From Macrostomum lignano (lineage: Eukaryota): a DNA stretch of 64,000 nt. Below are positions 49,501 to 62,128 of this stretch, piece by piece; the stretch's first letter is position 1; the number at the start of each line of letters is the position of its first letter. The stretch lies in contig NIVC01000420.1 in the NCBI GenBank assembly GCA_002269645.1, positions 372,001 through 436,000 of the forward strand. Direction: 5' to 3'. The translations under genes were made by a program, and so were the position numbers. The notes below the pieces were generated by a model that was not told where the DNA came from, searched no databases, and worked only from the letters and a program-made list of their open reading frames with translations.

Positions 49501-50664
49501 GCGCAGCAGAAAGCGCCTGCCGCCACAACTGGCGGCGGACTTGTCGCTCCACGTCGATCTGGCGGTTTGTTTGGCGAGGCGCCTACTGCGTTTGCTTCCA
49601 GCGCTGGTGGCGCCGCTGGTGGTCTGTTTAGCGGCGCCCAGACTTCGGCGTCTTCAACCGCAGGTGGCCTATTTTCTGGCGCCCAGACTTCTGCACCAAG
49701 TTCCGGTGGTCTGTTTAGTAGCGCCCAGACTTCGGTGTCTTCAACTCCAGGTGGCCTGTTTTCTGGCGCCCAGACTTCTGCACCAAGTTCCGGTGGTCTG
49801 TTTAGTAGCGCCCAGACTTCGGTGTCTTCAACTCCAGGTGGCCTGTTTTCTGGCGCCCAGACTCAGGCGCCACGTTCTGGTGGTCTGTTTAGTGGCGCCC
49901 ATACCCAGGCGCCAAGTTCCGGTGGTCTGTTTAGTAGCGCCCAGACTTCATCGCCAAGTTCCGGTGGTCTGTTTAGTAGCGCCCAGACTTCATCGCCAAG
50001 TTCCGGTGGTCTGTTTAGTAGCGCCCAGACTTCAGCGCCAAGTTCCGGTGGTCTGTTTAGTAGCGCCCAGACTTCAGCGCCAAGTTCCGGTGGTCTGTTT
50101 AGCGGCGCCCAGACTTCGGTGTCTTCAACCGCTGGCGGCTTGTTTAGTAGCGCCCAGATCCAGGCGCCAAGTTCCGGTGGTCTGTTTAGCGGCGCCCAGA
50201 CTTCAGCGCCAAGTTCCGGTGGTCTGTTTAGCGGCGCCCAGACTTCGGTGTCTTCAACCGCTGGCGGCTTGTTTAGTAGCGCCCAGATCCAGGCGCCAAG
50301 TTCCGGTGGTCTGTTTAGTAGCGCCCAGACTCCGGCGCCAAACTCCATCGGCACGTTTACTCAGCCGCCAAGCTTAGGGGGCGTCGCGCAGACGCAAGCG
50401 TCGGCATCAACAACTGCAACAACAACACTGGCAGCCACGACCGCCACCTCAGCTTCCGCTTTCTCCTTCAGCAAGGCCGCCGGAGGCTCCGTGTCGAGTC
50501 CGACTTCGTCGACAACCGCCGGCAGCTTTGCCGAATCGGCGCTAAAATTGGACTACAGCCCGTTGGAGAGCCTGTCGGAAGCTGAGAAGGCGGCCTATCA
50601 AGCTGGGGAATTTGACCCGGCTTGTGTACCGCTGAAAGCGCCGGCTATTGAATTCTGTCGATAG
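46586..50664 (+). CDS. NUP42: Nucleoporin NUP42/NUPL2(hCG1)-like, 5'-partial; exons 46586-46926 and 49462-50664
   Basis: WPFSCF..DISPEELRL motif, a phase-0 intron (CTG|GTCAGT..TTGCAG|AAG), 17 GGLFS repeats and a C-terminal Gle1-binding-like motif YSPLESLSEAEKAAYQAGEFDPACVPLKAP. The first exon/start codon was not identified. Confidence 0.82.
47435..48730 (-). mobile_element. Mariner (Tc1/mariner) transposon, 1296 bp, with an inactivated transposase, inside the NUP42 intron
   Basis: About 26-bp TIRs (CGAGG[A/G]GAAGTCAAAAAGTAA) and a TA duplication at 47433-47434 / 48731-48732. The minus strand encodes WVPRLL, VTGDET, HHNAPAH, PPYSSDL and GDYVEK, with stops and frameshifts. Confidence 0.93.
48993..49225. 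mobile_element. Small palindromic MITE-like element (233 bp)
   Basis: CACAGATACTAGAATATAACTAGATGGGCCACTCAG pairs with CTGAGTGGCCCATCTAGTTATTCTAGTATCTGTG. There is also an inner inverted pair CTACTTTCAGTTCAGTAG / CTACTGAACTGAAAGTAG. Confidence 0.75.
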
Positions 50665-51007
50665 GGGCCGTCCCTCGCAGTTAATTCTGCGTCTTTCAAT
50701 AGTCTTAGTAGCTCGTAAAAGTCTGGGATGCAATCGTCTCTTTGCGAACGTTGTTTTTGTAAACATACTCGAATTTTTTGTTTAAACCGGATGAATTTTC
50801 CTGGCTAAAGTGCATGCAAATTATAGTAAATACACACGCTTCCTTGTGTTCGGCTCGTGATGACTGCCTCTTTTCTGTTTCCTATACATGCCATCTGTTT
50901 TCTTGGCTCGGTTTTTTGCAATTTTAATGAACTGCTAATGAAGTCACGGGCTACGATCCATTGCTTATGGCAGATAGGCAGACAGACAGTCGAACAAACA
51001 GTTAGAA

Positions 51008-51060
51008 CGCTAAGACAGACAGACAGACAGACGCTAAGACAGACAGACAGACAGACGCTA

Positions 51061-51115
<55 letters not shown>

Positions 51116-51228
51116 TAGACGCTAAGGCAGACAGACAGACACTAAGGCAGACAGACAGACGCTAAGACAGACAGACGCTAAGACAGACAGACAGACAGAC
51201 GCTAAGACAGACAGACAGACAGACGCTA

Positions 51229-51267
<39 letters not shown>

Positions 51268-51310
51268 TAGACGGACAGACAGACAGACAGACGCTAAGAC
51301 AGACAGACAG

Positions 51311-51343
<33 letters not shown>

Positions 51344-51372
51344 TAGACGGACAGACAGACAGACAGACGCTA

Positions 51373-51415
<43 letters not shown>

Positions 51416-51470
51416 TAGACAGACAGACAGGCAGACAGACACTAAGACAGACAGACAGACAGACAAACAG
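51008..51470. repeat. (GACA)n microsatellite with CGCTAAGA interruptions
   Basis: Visible. It is the inverse of the CTGT/CTTAG family seen elsewhere in the window. Confidence 0.95.
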
Positions 51471-53045
51471 GCAAAAACAGAAATCAATGTTTGCGAGAAT
51501 AACACAGTAACTTCTATCTATCAGGATTCTTATATTCCTCCAACAGAAGATCCTCCTGCAAGGCAAAGGAAAGTCTCAGCCTCATAATAATAGGCCTCGA
51601 GTTTGTAGCGAGTTTCTTGTTTCATAGCTGTAGCTGTAGCTGTGTACGCAGGTGTCAATCGATACCTGTGTCTGTTTGCAAAGTATATTCCATGCATATT
51701 TCACTAAAATACTGCTTCGACGGAAGCTCTTTGTTTTGCTAGTTGAATTTTCTAGTAGACCTCGGCGCATATACAATACTGGGGGAAATAACATTGAACA
51801 CGGCTCTCTGTACTTTTATATAGGTGTTTGAGTCTCTACCAGGTAAAGTCACTCTTCTTGGCCCAGTTTTTGCCAGTGTTTCCAGTTGCAGCTCAGAAGC
51901 TGAAATTCTGTGTATCTCCATCTCTCCATCTGCTCGTGTTCGCAGAATTGTCCCCAGCTACTGGGGACAAAGCAGCTGTTAATATAGCTGAGCCGTTCAA
52001 ATCCCCTGTAGTGGGAAATTTCTTGCGTGTTTCTCCCACCAGCTCAGATCTGCAGGGCTCCGCCAATGAGAATCAACTTACCCTTTTCCTTGCGTGCACA
52101 TCTCGTCTCTCGCCTTGCAGTTTCCAGCCTCGCCAACAACCCCCTCCTGAGGACTGAGAACCGTTGGCATAAGAGCTGCGGGATGCTAGGCTAGGCGCAC
52201 CTGACAGAAGATAGTCTCACTGCAACCTGATATTATTGACATTGTCTCTTCCGGACCTCTTTAGCAGGCAGTTTGCTTTTTAAAATCTAGAACGAGAACA
52301 GGAATTGGTAGTCAGAATCGGCGCCTTTGCTAAAACTACCAAAGCTATACCGGCATATTGTATTGTAAGTTGCACTGACCGGGTATTTGTTTTTTATAGG
52401 ACGTAAATGTTGAAATGTTGTTAGGGCTAAGGTTAATAATAGAACGTCTATGAAAAGCAATCTTACCGACAATAGGTTCCTGTCAGGAAGTTTATTATAG
52501 CGGAAGCTTCCCTATTGGAATGTTTCCTAGTCGGGGGTTCCCTATGGGAAAGTTTCCTCGGCATAGTCGGCATAAAGATGCCTGTAGACTGAGTATCTTT
52601 ATAGTAATGTCCTGAAATTAGTGAAATGAACATACACATTGCACGGATATTAAGTCCATAAATGACTATATAGTAAATGCGCGTGCCAGGTGTTAATTGG
52701 GATATTATTGCTGGATAATATGAATTTCAAATCCGCTCTTATTGTCATGCGTATCTAAACAAGCTTTGAATCAGTTTCTGTCGGCTTTTGAAATCTATTA
52801 AAATTTCTTTGTCGAAAAAGAATCAGGAAATCTTTGGTTGGCCGGCTCTGATTCTGCAAATTAATTCCTATTATGTTTGATCTACGGCGTATGACAGGAC
52901 CGACTGAATTCCCGCTTGGGATAAATGATGAGAATCGTGTTCTATCTGTCGTGTCTCTTTGAAGGTATAGCAGCGATCTTATGCCTTTTATGATTTTATG
53001 CGTGACCTGTTCTGTACACCTCTGTAATCAAAAGCAGCATCAAGG

Positions 53046-53558
53046 ATGTGGACCTCAGCGGCCACAGCGTCGAGCTGCCCAGCCGAGGACCCAGCCGCTC
53101 GACAGAAGCCCACGCTGAGCGATTGTTTGAAAGGCGTTGCGCCGGCCTGCATCACCTACCGCGTCGCTTTGCTCTCTGTCGCCGGCGTTGTAGCCATTGT
53201 CAGCGGTGTCGACTTGGTTCAACGCGAAGCCCGAGCAGCGGCCCGGCCCGAAGAGTTCGGCTACCTTCGCCGCAATTCGATCTACTGGTCGGAGGTGGCC
53301 GCCTTCTGCTGCGCCATCTTCTTGGCCAGCGTGGTGGGTTGCGTCGTTTGCGTTGGCAGGATTCGTCAGCGCCAGAGAAGGTCGCTCTGCGTTGGCGGTG
53401 CCAACGGCGGCCTGCAGCTGACCGGGCTGGGCTCCGTGTCGACGCGTCAAGCGTCATCGCCGACAGCGTCCAAACCCGCGGCTCCGTCGTCTCTGTCAGT
53501 GCTGATTTCGCTGGCGACCAGTCGGTCAATGGCTGCTGATAGTATTCGCGATGAATGA
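53046..53558 (+). CDS. Uncharacterised 170-aa protein with two predicted transmembrane helices
   Basis: GC-rich ATG-initiated ORF in AT-rich surroundings. Hydrophobic segments VALLSVAGVVAIVSGVDLV and VAAFCCAIFLASVVGCVVCVG are followed by the basic stretch RIRQRQRR. No family was recognised. Confidence 0.6.
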   Translation: MWTSAATASSCPAEDPAARQKPTLSDCLKGVAPACITYRVALLSVAGVVAIVSGVDLVQREARAAARPEEFGYLRRNSIYWSEVAAFCCAIFLASVVGCVVCVGRIRQRQRRSLCVGGANGGLQLTGLGSVSTRQASSPTASKPAAPSSLSVLISLATSRSMAADSIRDE

Positions 53559-53633
53559 GCTCTGTTTTGCAATACATTGAAGGGCGCGATGTGGTTAAAA
53601 GAAATGGACTTAATTATTAACAGTTTATTCTTT

Positions 53634-54318
53634 ACTTTGGACCAATGTAGCTTTGGACCAATGTAGCTTTGGACCAAGCTTTGGATTAAAGTAGCTTTGG
53701 ACCAATGTACCTTTGGACCAATGTAGCTTTGGACCAATGTAGCTTTGGACCAATGTAGCTCTGGACCAATGTAGCTCTGGACCAATGTAGCTTTGGACCA
53801 ATGTAGCTTTGGACCAATGTAGCTCTGGACCAATGTAGCTCTGGACCAATGTAGCTTTGGACCAATGTAGCTTTGGACCAATGTAGCTCTGGACCAATGT
53901 AGCTCTGGACCAATGTAGCTCTGGACCAATGTAGCTTTGGACCAATGTAGCTCTGGACCAATGTAGCTCTGGACCAATGTAGCTCTGGACCAATGTAGCT
54001 TTGGACCAATGTAGCTTTGGACCAATGTAGCTTTGGACCAATGTAGCTTTGGATCAATGTAGCTTTGGACCAATGTAGCTCTGGACCAATGTAGCTTTGG
54101 ACCAATGTACCTTTGGACCAATGTAGCTCTGGATCAATGTACCTTTGGACCAATGTAGCTTTGGATCAATGTAGCTTTGGACCAATGTAGCTCTGGACCA
54201 ATGTAGCTTTGGACCAATGTACCTTTGGACCAATGTAGCTCTGGATCAATGTACCTTTGGACCAATGTAGCTTTGGACCAATGTAGCTCTGGACCAATGT
54301 AGCTTTGGACCAATGTAG
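53634..54318. repeat. 16-bp minisatellite (TGGACCAATGTAGCT[T/C]), about 42 copies
   Basis: Tandem units are visible. Confidence 0.96.
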
Positions 54319-55129
54319 GAGACTTGGTAACCAGACGGTGTCCAACTGGAAACCCACCAACCAGAAAGTAGCCATAATGTAATTTTGTTGTTTTTGTTAC
54401 AAATCTACGTCCATGTGCTCGTATTTTTCGCGATGTTTTTGTTGTAAAAAGTGATAGTTTTTTTCAAACTTCGATATCATTTTCACGATCAGTAGACCTT
54501 TAACGTGTTTTGTGTCCAGTGAAAGCAAGTATTTCGCTAGCGAACACCTTAAAACCAATCAGTTTTGTAAATATTAATTAAAGCGTCCTCTCCCGAGCCA
54601 CTGTTCTTTTAAATAGTTGGCGATAATTCTACTTATTTTTTGTTATCTTTGCGTGATTGCATTAACCAGTTTTTTAAATCTATGCAGTCGGGTTTAACTA
54701 GCTAGCTTTATTTATTGTTAGGCATGTACACTTCATGCACTGTGCCTTGGGGGTTGGCCATCAAAAGCCGTTAATTGCACAAGCAGAGCAAAGCCAAAAT
54801 TCCAATTTAGCCCCAAATTAATGCGACTGCAGCACTTGGAATCGAGCCTGGGTCGCTGGTAGATCAGAGCGCCGCAATAGACCGGATGCAGATCTAAATT
54901 TTCTATAGTTGACTATAGTCATTCTTCAGTTATTGAACGCACTAAAACCAAGGAAAACCAAGGTTGTCCTTGCTAAAACTCTATTTTCGACGCAAGTTGG
55001 CTGTCTTTTACCATAGACACAAGCCGACAGACTGCTGCACGAGATGGGCTGAGGCGGTCTTCATCTGAACGCTATAAAATTCCTTCATTTTGCTGATCAA
55101 TCGAATGCAGCTTCGAGAGCCTCTCGACA

Positions 55130-58100
55130 ATGACCAGCCCGATTAAATCTGGCAGTGAGACTTATTGCTACAAGTCGAGTCGTCGCTCACGGTCCTCCTC
55201 CCTGATGCGATCAAGCCAAACAATGAAAGAAAGAAACCGCTGCTCAAACGACGTCGTCACGACAAACAATATAAATATTGTGGACAAGTCCAAAGAGCGA
55301 AATAAAAACATTGTCATCTTTCAGGAGGAGAGCGCGAAAAGCGAGGACTGGAAGAAGAAGTACATTCATAGCACTCTGTTCCTGCTGGGCTACGGCGCTT
55401 ATGGCAGCGTGTTTCAGGCAAGCAGGATATTAATGTGCTGTGGGAATCCGGTTCTGGCTAATACAGTTCAGTTTAGTAGTATGTTGCGCATGTAATATTT
55501 TGCACCGTGCCTATTTGAGATTGATGTTAATAATAATGGCGACATCGTCCGTCCGGCAATTCTACCCATTCCCCTGACGCAGGCATGGTCCTTGCCTTAC
55601 TAAATCAGGTGTCGGCTAACTTCCTCCCGCGAAGCCTCTCTATCCGGCCCTCGGGTCCATGAAACTTCAAAATAGCAGTCTGGCCTGCTCAAGGTTTGTC
55701 TCTTCTCAGGTCTCCTCTCTCCGCTCCTTCGGGGTCTCCTATCCCTTCTCTCCTTTCTCCCCTTCTCTTCCCTCTCCTCTCACTGGCCCAGCAGTCATGC
55801 GCTAGATTTTGTATCTGGCCCTTACGTTGAAAAAGTATGCCGACCCCTGTACTAAATGAATGTGGCCTCACACAGAATCGTGTGCCCCTGTCAGTTTTGT
55901 ATTGCCAATTGCTAATATTGACAGGCTTGCCCGCAAATATTCACTGTGGCCTTGACTATGTATAGAATAATTTGTATTTGAATTTAACCAGTCTTTTTAA
56001 TAGCCAGATCGTGAAGCAAGTTGAGCTGTGGGAAATATTTTTAGATGGAAAAAGAAAATTTCCATCAGACGATTTATAGCAAGACATCGACTCGAGATGG
56101 ACTTTGACAGGATTAAAAGGCTTTTCAGACCTACAGAAGCTATATTCAGCAACTTTAAGATTTGAGACTCCTGTTGTTTTCCTCCCTAATTAGCTGTAGC
56201 ACCTGCGCGATTACTTCTCAGTGAGTGGGGATTATTTCAGAAAATCTTTGCCTTCCCTTAAAATTTGCACAACCTTGTTATTTTGACAACTCGACGTAAA
56301 TAGATTTCTTACACCTTTTTACTTTCGATTTTGAAAAATCTGCACTTAATATTGAAATTTTTACATTCAATTTTGACACTGGGTTACAAAACAGTGCCTT
56401 TTTCTCGCTGTCTATGGAACTTGAGCCATATGATCCATCTTGAGCCATCTTGACTCAAGACAGTGGAGTTATACTTGAACCATAGACAAAATATGCGCGA
56501 GCTAGTCTGAACATTCTTACACGATTGAAAGAAGATTATGCTTGTAGTTTACGGCTGTTATGCTAAATATAGAAACATTGCGCGTTACATTCTTGCACGA
56601 TTGACATTCTTGCACGGAGTGCACATGCAAATTCAAGGTGCTATTACCATAGACACTAGCATTTCTGCACGCATATGGCGACTTCCAAAGCATTCTTGCA
56701 CGCTGGATCAAATAAGAATGATATATTCCTGCACGGTCACGAGTGCGGGAATGACATCTGCACGAGTGCGCGCTAGCGCACGAGTGCACGATGTCTTTCA
56801 CGCACGAGTGAACGTGAAGGAATTCCATTGTCGGATGATTCATCGTGCAGGAATGCACAAAACCGTGCAGGAATGCATTTCTGCGCCTAATGCTTTTTCA
56901 GTGAGATTTTACCATAGACATCCATTCCTGCACGCAAAAGAGTGCAAGAATGCCATTCTTGCATGGAAAATCAGCCGACAATGACCCGGCGAGAGTTGAC
57001 CATAGACAATGTGTGTGATACTGTAGACGAAGCATAATTGTTCCCCTTAAAACATTATTTTCAGTCAGCCGTAATTACAGTAGCTAATCAGTTTGTCAAG
57101 TATGGCAGATCCGCGAGTCAACGCCAAAGTTGGCAACGATGACGGGAGGCGGTTAATTACTGCCCATGAGAATGCCGACGATTTTATTCATCTGGCTCGT
57201 GCGTTGGGCATCAAACGAACCACAGCGTATGCGCTCGGTCGCGGTTTCTCGAATTGAAAGTAAAAAGGTGTAGAAAGTTGTTTGAGTTATTTTAACAAAA
57301 CAATTTAATTTGTAATGAATCGGGCCTTGTATATGTATTAACAAAAGTACTGTGCGCTGGCTCATAATATACTGTCCGTCAAAAGTTCCGGAACCCTTGC
57401 TACGATGTCTTCTAGCGGACATAATTTCAGTCCGTTTCAATTGTAACTTGATTCAAATGAAAGCTGCGGATCTCAGCTCCATGATGTGGTCAAGAAAAAG
57501 TTTATTCGAAGGAGCGCGTGTGAACAGGCCAGTGTTATGTACATAAAGGTTAGAGAAAAAAAGTGAGGAAAAGACAAAAAAACAATTGACTCTCCCATGA
57601 AAGCACAAGAATCCATAAGAGCCTGTTGATTTCAACACAAGTTTTGGCCATAGACTAATGTTAGCCAGGCTGAACACTGCGCGCAAACCGATTCCTTCCC
57701 ATGTGTGTTTGCTCCATAGACTCAGCAACCATAGACAATTGCTTGTTTGTCTTTTCCTCACTTTTTTTCTCTAACCTTTATGTACATAACACTGGCCTGT
57801 TCACACGCGCTCCTTCGAATAAACTTTTTCTTGACCACATCATGGAGCTGAGATCCGCAGCTTTCATCTGAATCAAGTTACAATTGAAACGGACTGAAAT
57901 TATGTCCGCTAGAAGACATCGTAGCAAGGGTTCCGGAACTTTTGACGGACAGTATAGAATCATCATTTTCTGAACGCAAAGCTTCATGAATATCAATGGA
58001 GCTATAAGAAAGGCACGACATATCAAACGATGAAAATTGGATCTGCCTCCTGTCAAAAGCAATAACAATTTCTGTGCTGAACAAAATGAAAAATTCCCAT

Positions 58101-60858
58101 CTCCGTAGTGTATTTTTTCGGAAAACCTGTCTCTTAAAAGTTTCCAAGAAATGAAACTTCCCGTTCCACTTGAACAGTCCTTGTGGCTTTTTTGCCGAGG
58201 CCAATGTCTTATTGATTCGGTCAATCATTCAGTCATTGTCTCCAAACACTAAATTGCTCTATTGATTATAAAAATGGTTGCCAGGTCTAATAAATCCTAA
58301 TAAATTAATGGATGACGGTTAAAGACATTTTCACTGTCATGGGATGGTACACTGTAAAGGCGTTGAAAATCTGACCTTGTTGAATTGAAAATCGTTGAAT
58401 ATCTCGAAGGTCGTAGATGCTTCAAGCCCTACTGATGGTAAAAATTTGCTGGTATTGATAAAATTACAATATCAGGGTATCATCAAACAATTATCTGCTC
58501 AACCTTCAATCCAAGGCCAGGTGACAACTCGGCTGTACTCTCAGACCCGGCAACGCATTGCCCGTGAGCGGTACATCTACCACGCCGACTTTCTAACCAA
58601 CTACGCGTCGCAGCGCCGACTGAAGCTCGACCAATACGACAAGCTGAGGGACAAGCAACGACACGAGCGTCTGTTCGACACGGTGGCCATCAAGTACGAA
58701 ATTCTTGACCAGTCGATGCTGGAGGACGGCGCCACTCGGTTCTGTCTGTTCCTCCGTCGCGAATTCCTGGTGCTGGACACCATCTGGCGTCGGTTCCCTC
58801 GACTGCTGGTCGGATTTCCAGTCGTGTTCGACTTTGGCTACATTGGCGACAAGCTACAATACGGAGTGAACACCAAGTACAAGAACATATTCACCTACAT
58901 GAACCTGCAAGGCGAGGAGGTGAAGTTCTTTGCCGACACGCACAACAGAAACCTCACTGGAGTTACTAAAATATCGTACATGACCATGGAGTTACTCGGG
59001 CCCTCCATCGAAGACTATCGCGTCTATTTCGAGCCTTGGTACGAGAAAGCCGGAGTAAAGCCGTTCTTCCAGGTGAGAACGGTGTTTCGCATAGCTGACC
59101 AGCTGCTCTGTCGCCTGTACATGCTGCACAAGGCTGGCTTTGTGCACCACGACCTGAAGCCGGACAACTTGGCTCTTGGCCACGGACGAGCAATGAACAC
59201 CGTCTACTTGATTGATTTTGGATTTGCTAAACAGGCAAGTTTACTGTGTTATCCATTCGGATGTCAGCACTGAGTTCTGTTATCCAGCACTGAGTTCTGT
59301 TATCCAGCACTGAGTTCTGTTATCCATTCGGATGTCGATGAAAACAATGAAAGCTTCGCATCCGATAAATAAAAAACAACTAACACGAGAACATGCGCTG
59401 ACACTGGAACTCTAAAGGTGGCAGATAACCCTGTGGAAGACTGGATGGGCTCGCGCAAGTACATCTCCATTGACGCGTACAGCGGCGAACGAGCCAACTA
59501 CGCTCAGGACATCGAGAGCTGGTTCTATCTCATCATGGCTCTGCTGTACGACTCGCTGCCTTGGTCGGATGACGTCATCGTGCCAATGCTCGAGGCCCAG
59601 GACGAGGCTGGCCGTTGGCTTCTGGCAGCGACCATCAAGCGGACCTGGTGGGGGGACTACAACGGCGCCAATACGCTGCACAGCATGCTGAAACAGGTGC
59701 AGAGCCTGCACCAGCGCGAGGTGCCCGACATTGGACAGATCATGAACCAGCTGCACCGGCGGGTGCGGGACCTGCGGGAGAACCTGCGACAGAACCGGTG
59801 AGGACTGAGGGACATTCACAAGAAACCCCAAATCGTCACTGTGGAGTACGTAGAGTACGAGCTCGTACGTTCAGCGGTTAACCGCGCCAAAGTACCCAGT
59901 TAAGATTCTGTGCGCCGCCGTGTAAGTTAAAGGCTCGTGCACGAAATTGACCTTGGGCTTAGGAAATTGACCTTGACCTTAGGCAATTCACGCCAATGAG
60001 GGCTAACCCCCAAGGCACCGAGTGAGTGCCTGCGTACGTATCCAAGTGCATGAGCGTGCTCGGGAGTCAGCAGAACGGGCATGGCTAAACTACCCCACTC
60101 GGCACTGTCGCAGGGACCCGAAGTCGGCAAATGCGGAGCTGTCAAACAGCCACTCCAAGTCTAGCTCAGGCTACATGAGCATCCGCAAGGTGCTTCTACA
60201 GATATTCGAATTGCCCAAGATCGTCAAGAACCAGATGCTCGGCGATCAGGAGTTTCGCGCCTATCAGGACGCTCGCCGGGCCCAGGGACTGAAGCCGTTC
60301 CGATGGGATCCTACGGACTTCCAGTGGGAGTGGGATCGCAACCACTCTCGCATGCTCAATAGCAACGCCGGCGTCGACAGCGGCGGCATGCCGGGCGGCG
60401 AAGAGTTAAGCGTCGGAGGAGTAGAAATCGGCGAGTTCGAGAACCCGCCGGTCATCTCCGGGAACAACCATCGAGACCTGCTTCGACGCCAGATTGAAAG
60501 CCTGCCAGCTTACTCGGATTTGAGAAGGGCGGCGCGGCGAAGAGGATTCAGCATACTGAGCGACGAGAGCGGCGCCAGTCGAGAGCGAGCTGACGAGGTC
60601 AGCTACGTGTTCGATTCGCGCAACAACTGCCTGGTGCCCAAGTGGCCCAGCGGCGGAATTTGTCGGCGACGCCAAACCAGACCCCGAGCCGCGTCGGCGA
60701 TGGATCGCTACGGCAAAGACGACTCTGAGGAGGAAGCTGATGACTACCGGCCGGGTTTGGAGCTCAAGCGGCTGGCTAATCCCGCCTGGCTGCAGGGCTG
60801 GCAGACTGGCTGGACGAATGAGTCCAGCACTGAATCGGGGGATTTAAAAGGTGTTTGA
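55130..60858 (+). CDS. Divergent casein-kinase-1/TTBK-like Ser/Thr kinase, about 708 aa; exons 55130-55417, 58521-59234, 59418-59797 and 60114-60858
   Basis: Motifs are LLGYGAYGSVF (G-loop), VAIKYE, MELLGPS, HHDLKPDN, LIDFGFAK, GSRKYISIDA and DIESWFY. The exons join in frame if introns 1 and 2 use GC donors (CAG|GCAAG); intron 3 is GTGAGG..CGCAG (phase 2). Confidence 0.8.
57368..58190. mobile_element. Foldback/MITE relic: 221-bp inverted arms (57368-57588 / 57736-57956) followed by a diverged copy of the 28.7-kb MITE TIR (about 57960-58190)
   Basis: The arms are near-perfect reverse complements. The downstream TTTTCTGAACG..GGATCTGCCTCC..CTCCGTAGTGTATTTTTTCGG..TTCCCGT aligns with 29190-29400. 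Confidence 0.8.
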
Positions 60859-60865
60859 CTCGTTG

Positions 60866-61255
60866 CATGAGCCATGAGTACCTGTTGTATAAACCATGAG
60901 TACCTGTTGATGAGCCATGAGTACCTGTTGATGAGCCATGAGTACCTGTTGATGAGCCATGGGTACCTGTTGATGAGCCATGAGTACCTGTTGATGAGCC
61001 ATGGGTACCTGTTGATGAGCCATGAGTACCTGTTGATGAGCCATGGGTACCTGTTGATGAGCCATGGGTACCTGTTGATGAGCCATGAGTGTACCTGTTG
61101 TATAAACCAGGAGTACCTGTTGATGAGCCATGAGTACCTGTTGTATAAACCAGGAGTACCTGTTGATGAGCCATGAGTACCTGTTGATGAGCCAGGAGTA
61201 CCTGTTGATGAGCCATGAGTACCTGTTGATGAGCCATGAGTAACTGTTGATAGAT
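60866..61255. repeat. 21-bp minisatellite (ATGAGCCATGAGTACCTGTTG)
   Basis: Tandem units are visible. Confidence 0.94.
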
Positions 61256-62128
61256 AAGCAATGAGTACCTGTTGATGAGCTACGAGTACCAGTAAAGATC
61301 CATGAGCACCTGCTGATGGCTCATGAACACCTGTCGATGCAGGCCATTCTATACACCTGGCATGGTCACATTTGCCATTAAAATGCAGTTACCAATTTAC
61401 ATGTATAATTTTATTTCGTGTTTTATCGGGCGTAACAATATTAAGGCACATGAAATAAAAAAATAAATATTTTCTTTTAAAATTTATTACTAAATAATAC
61501 TACTTATAGTAGCGCCCTAATTGTATTACTTGCTTGGTAATTTTAAGGATTGTGCAGAGCACGAGATTTAACACGAGACCCCCAAGTTTTGGCTGCAATA
61601 ACGATTTTTTATACAATAGAGGACAGCTTCACAAACCCATGATGGCAAGTTGATATATTGTATATATTTAGCTTTTAGATATCAATTTATGATTAATACC
61701 TGGTATATGCACAAGTATTTTGCATGTATTAATAGCTATGCGTGGTCAAAAAGACGATGTCATGACAGGCGATAATTAGCTAATTAAATACAAAACACCT
61801 CTGATAGCGATAATCGATCAAGGTAATAATCGTAAAAAAGAGGAAATTACAATCCCTACTACGAGCGTACTTATCATCAGTAGTTGCTAATTTGAAACCA
61901 AGAAACAAACAGTGCTGATTGAGAGTTAAAATTAGTTTGAAAACCATATACCCCACACACACAGCCTGCTCAAGCACTTTTCATTGTGATTAACTGATGA
62001 CGCAATATTTACCAAATGAAAAAAATCTGAAAGCTGCTCACTAAAAAACAATGAAACTCAAAACAAAATCTGTCTTTATACAATAGGTTAAATTTTTATG
62101 TGAGTTTTTATGCGTGATTCTCATGCCA

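Noticed and set aside
51739-52170. Short ORFs and splice-like signals on both strands
   Set aside because: No recognisable motif, and the minus-strand model needs an implausibly short 32-nt intron.
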